37,823 bases of DNA, taken from positions 1 through 37,823 of the forward strand of contig DAOUSS010000002.1 in the NCBI GenBank assembly GCA_030627085.1, given 5' to 3'. Position numbers and translations under genes: made by a program. Shown piece by piece: positions 34,991 through 37,823 of the stretch. Below the pieces are notes generated by a model, which saw nothing but the letters and a program-made list of their open reading frames with translations, was not told the DNA's origin and made no database searches. This DNA comes from Candidatus Stahliibacteriota bacterium (GTDB taxonomy: Bacteria > Hydrothermota > UBA3073). The first letter of the stretch is position 1, and each line of letters begins with the position of its first letter.

Positions 34991-35392
34991 TTATCCTATC
35001 CTTCTTGTTGCTATAAGGAATTTCTCTCCACCAACACCCCTCCCAATGTCCATTATCTGTACGAGTTTGTCAACGGTTACCGACTTATCCGCCCTTATTA
35101 TTACTATCTTCTCTTCACTCTCTACTAACAGTTTTTCTAACTCTGTGGAAAAGTCCTGCAGAGTTATCTCCCTATCATTCAAGAACAATCTACCCTCCGT
35201 GGTTATCGTAACCAGAATGTCCTTTCTTGAAACGACATCACTCGTGTATGCCCTTGGAAGTTTTACCCTTATACCCGGCTCAAGCACATATGTAGATGTA
35301 AGAAGAAAAAATATAAGCAAAAGCAGGATGACATCTGCAAGAGATACGGGAGAAAATGTAGAGAGTCTATTGTGGTGCATTTGTATATTCAT
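34991..35392 (-). CDS. ExbD/TolR-family biopolymer transport protein
   Basis: 133 aa with an N-terminal TM (LADVILLLLIFFLLT) and a periplasmic domain (KIVIIRADKSVTVDKLVQIMD). Confidence 0.88.
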   Translation of the reverse strand: MNIQMHHNRLSTFSPVSLADVILLLLIFFLLTSTYVLEPGIRVKLPRAYTSDVVSRKDILVTITTEGRLFLNDREITLQDFSTELEKLLVESEEKIVIIRADKSVTVDKLVQIMDIGRGVGGEKFLIATRRIG

Positions 35393-35429
35393 ACTACCTC
35401 CATATAATTAAATCATTGTGTATAATATT

Positions 35430-35505
35430 AACCGCAGAGCGCGCAGAGAACACAGAGTTTTTATTTATTTTTTCTTAGCGAGCTCTGCGAACTCTGCGGT
35501 TTTTT
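35430..35505. repeat. CGCAGAG-word palindromic hairpin between the exbB-like and exbD-like genes
   Basis: ACCGCAGAGcgCGCAGAG (35431-35448) pairs with CTCTGCGaaCTCTGCGGT (35483-35500), giving 9+7 bp. A T6 run follows on the plus strand. Confidence 0.75.
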
Positions 35506-35516
35506 CATAAAATCCG

Positions 35517-36107
35517 TTAAACTGTTATCCCCGCTATCTCATCTGCCGTTGTTTCAATACCTTCCTTTATACTTTGTACCCTTCCCAAAAAGTAGTTATA
35601 GAATATATATGTTATTATTCCTACACCGAGTCCCACTGCTGTTGTAACAAGTGCCTCCCAGACTCCTCCTGCAAGTACAGATGCATTCACATTTCCACCC
35701 AGACGCTCAACCTGCATAAATGCCTTTATCATACCAGTCACTGTCCCAAGAAACCCTAAGAGAGGAGCTACCCCTGCGACTGTTGCGAGCCCTGTAAGAT
35801 ACCTCTCAAAGCCCAGGAGTTCTTTTCTCGCTACTGTCTCCATAGTTTTCTCTTTTCCCTCTTCTGCACCGAGTCCAGCGGATATTATTCTCGTTATCGG
35901 TGTGTCGGTTCTGGAGCAGATCGCAACCGCAGACTGAACATCACCATCTTTGAGTTTTATCTTACACTTCTCTATCACATCCTCTGGTGTTCTTGTTCTA
36001 CGATAGTATATAAATCTCTCTATGATTATTGCTATACCAAAAAGCGATGCGATACCTATGGGTATTATCATATATCCACCCTTTATCAGAATCTCAAATA
36101 GACTCAT
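35517..36107 (-). CDS. MotA/TolQ/ExbB-family proton channel protein
   Basis: 196 aa with 3 TM, LGFLGTVTGMIKAF and a C-terminal helix. AGGAGGGG SD lies 16 nt after the prfB stop. Confidence 0.9.
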   Translation of the reverse strand: MSLFEILIKGGYMIIPIGIASLFGIAIIIERFIYYRRTRTPEDVIEKCKIKLKDGDVQSAVAICSRTDTPITRIISAGLGAEEGKEKTMETVARKELLGFERYLTGLATVAGVAPLLGFLGTVTGMIKAFMQVERLGGNVNASVLAGGVWEALVTTAVGLGVGIITYIFYNYFLGRVQSIKEGIETTADEIAGITV

Positions 36108-36123
36108 AACCCCTCCTGTTAAA

Positions 36124-37189
36124 TTAAGAAGTTCTAAACAAAAGCCATTCTTTAATAAAATCGTCTATGTCTCCATCCATAATTTTCTCGACAGCAGCTG
36201 TTTCACAACCGGTACGGTGATCCTTAATCAGTTTATATGGATGTAGTACATATGAGCGTATCTCTCTTCCCCAACCTATCTCTCTCTTGCCCTTCTCCAA
36301 TTTCTCTAATTCCTTCCTTTCCTCTTCCCTCTTCATCTCGTAGAGTTTCGCTCGCAGTACCTTTAATGCGTTTATTCTGTTCTGATACTGTGAACGCTCA
36401 CTCTGACAGGTTACTACTATTCCGGTCGGGATGTGTGTAATCCTCACCGCTGTACTCAATTTATTCACATTTTGACCCCCTGGTCCTGATGAACGGAATG
36501 CATCCATCTTCAAATCACTCTCTTTGAGTTCTACTTCACCCGACTCTTCAATAACAGGATATACAAAACAGGATGCGAATGATGTATGTCTCCTTGCCCC
36601 AGAATCAAAAGGAGATATGCGCACCAGTCTATGGATACCCGTTTCTGATTTTAGATATCCGTATGTATATTTACCCTTTATCTCTACTGTAGCATCCTTG
36701 ATACCTGCTACATCTCCTGGTTCAAGGTCAAGTATATTTGCCGAAAATTTGTGTCTTTCTGCCCACTTTAAATACATACGGAGTAACATCTCTGCCCAAT
36801 CGCATGCCTCTGTACCGCCTGCACCCGGATGTATGGCGAGTATTGCATCTCTTTTGTCATCCTCATCCCTTAACATAAACTGCAGTTCAACTTCGCTCAG
36901 CCTTTTTTCAAGGGATTCTATCTCCTTTGTAATCTCCTTATCCTCTTCCATAAGGGAATACAGTTCTCTTGTATCCTGTATATCCTTACTCAGACTATCG
37001 TATACGGACAGTGTGTTCTTTATATCTGCCACTTCTTTGGTAATCTCTTTTGCCTTTATATTGTCATTCCAGAAGTCAGGTTTTGTAGTTTCTTCTTCAA
37101 GTTGTGAAAGTCTCTTTCTGAGTTTGTCTACTTCAAAGAAACCTCCCGAGCCTTTTCACCCGCTCATTTAATTGCTCTATATTACCCAT
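36124..37189 (-). CDS. prfB: Peptide chain release factor 2, requires programmed +1 frameshift
   Basis: Frame 0 is ATG 37189 MGNIEQLNERVKRLGRFL then TGA (37135-37133). The +1 frame from 37134 gives EVDKLRKRL.. and joins the tracked ORF. SPF (RISPFDS) and GGQ (SGPGGQNVNK) are present. 37134-36124 is 1011 nt and in frame. Confidence 0.95.
37133..37150 (-). other. prfB +1 frameshift site: SD-like GGGAGG, 3-nt spacer, CTT TGA A
   Basis: The minus strand reads CTC GGG AGG TTT CTT TGA A. It has the same architecture as E. coli AGG GGG TAT CTT TGA C. Confidence 0.9.
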
Positions 37190-37197
37190 CACCCCTC

Positions 37198-37254
37198 CTA
37201 ACAAACTAACCAACTAACCACCTAACCAACTACCAAACTATCCAACTACTTCTA
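37198..37254 (-). repeat. Word array forming the prfB 5' leader (C-free on the RNA strand)
   Basis: The plus strand ctaacaaactaaccaactaaccacctaaccaactaccaaactatccaactacttcta has no G. It lies exactly between the -10 box and GGAGGGG-ATG. Confidence 0.8.
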
Positions 37255-37283
37255 ATTATATCACAACTTTTATTCATTGTCAA
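37255..37283 (-). promoter_or_regulatory. Consensus sigma70 promoter for prfB
   Basis: Minus strand TTGACA (37283-37278), 17-nt spacer, TGaTATAAT (TATAAT 37260-37255). Confidence 0.7.
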
Positions 37284-37823
37284 GCATTTTTCAAGAGGTC
37301 TGAAAAAGTCGGTTTTTGAACACGAATCACACAAATATCCGAATATCACAAATGAAACCAAACTTCTATAACTCTTTACATATTAAACAGTTATGTTGAT
37401 TATTAAAACTATTCGTGCAATTTGTTAACCTGCCCTGTGGAGTAGGGAATTTCTTGACTCCGTATTTTCTCTCCATATCAGCTATAAATCTACCAGATCC
37501 ATAGAACTGTCCTTATACTAATAAATAACTATCTTTCTCGATTGGAAACACACCAACTTCTGGGAGAATTCTCGCTGCTCGCAGCATACTGACCTCCTGG
37601 TATAATATTCATTATACCTGACAACGTTTATTACCAAAATTACCTAATAATCCTGTACGAAGTTTAGAAACTTTTAAATACGAAAGTAATTTATGTATAA
37701 AAAAGTCTGTGAAATCTCTTTTTAATCTTTCTAATCAGACATCCTGATCTTTATAGGATGTCTATTTCAAAATTGTTATCAATAAATGGAGCACTATGCA
37801 ATAGTGCTACCATAAATGCAAGG

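Noticed and set aside
150-37254. Word arrays as CRISPR arrays or microsatellites
   Set aside because: The period is only 6-8 nt with no unique spacers and no cas genes. The units are degenerate rather than identical, so neither definition fits.
1-37823. tRNA, rRNA, tmRNA, RNase P or SRP RNA genes, and mobile or defence genes
   Set aside because: By eye I found no cloverleaf-like or conserved-core sequence in any spacer. No ORF has transposase, integrase, restriction, Cas, toxin or abortive-infection motifs. A scan by eye cannot rule out a small RNA gene.

Overview
AT-rich bacterial chromosomal segment. It probably comes from an uncultured lineage, but I cannot assign taxonomy from sequence alone. 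I call 33 CDS and found no rRNA, tRNA, CRISPR array, transposase, integrase, phage gene or recognisable defence gene. The left arm on the minus strand carries grpE-dnaK, lepB, lepA, panC and folK. The plus strand carries ftcD, then a ~15 kb Wzx/Wzy-type surface-polysaccharide locus (9.5-24.8 kb). That locus holds a MurJ/MOP flippase, a Wzy/O-antigen-ligase-like protein, a GH-like TIM-barrel protein, four GT4 glycosyltransferases, an unknown protein, an initiating phosphoglycosyl transferase, a Wzi-like protein and an OmpA-family protein. After it come guaB, hslVU, a degenerate EIIA(Ntr)-like gene, aspS, def, rplM-rpsI, a nucleotide-sugar dehydrogenase, an ftsB-like gene, coaD and a TIGR04076-like gene. 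The right end on the minus strand carries exbD/exbB-like genes and prfB with its classical +1 frameshift. The protein content is ordinary; the unusual content is non-coding. (1) Almost every spacer is made of degenerate 6-8 nt word arrays, often strictly G-free or C-free. These lie between near-consensus promoters and start codons, so they would be 5' leaders. (2) Array-like sequence is inserted in-frame inside lepA and the Wzi-like gene, and overruns the stop codons of panC and dnaK. (3) A family of CGCAGA-word palindromes includes a 247-bp element with perfect 22-bp terminal inverted repeats in the ftcD leader. (4) A consensus promoter plus the only clear intrinsic terminator bracket a ~210-nt non-coding transcript just upstream of the polysaccharide locus. 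This is a candidate attenuator or sRNA, and it begins with six SD-like AGGTG words. All functional readings of these elements are inference. I could run no homology or covariance searches.
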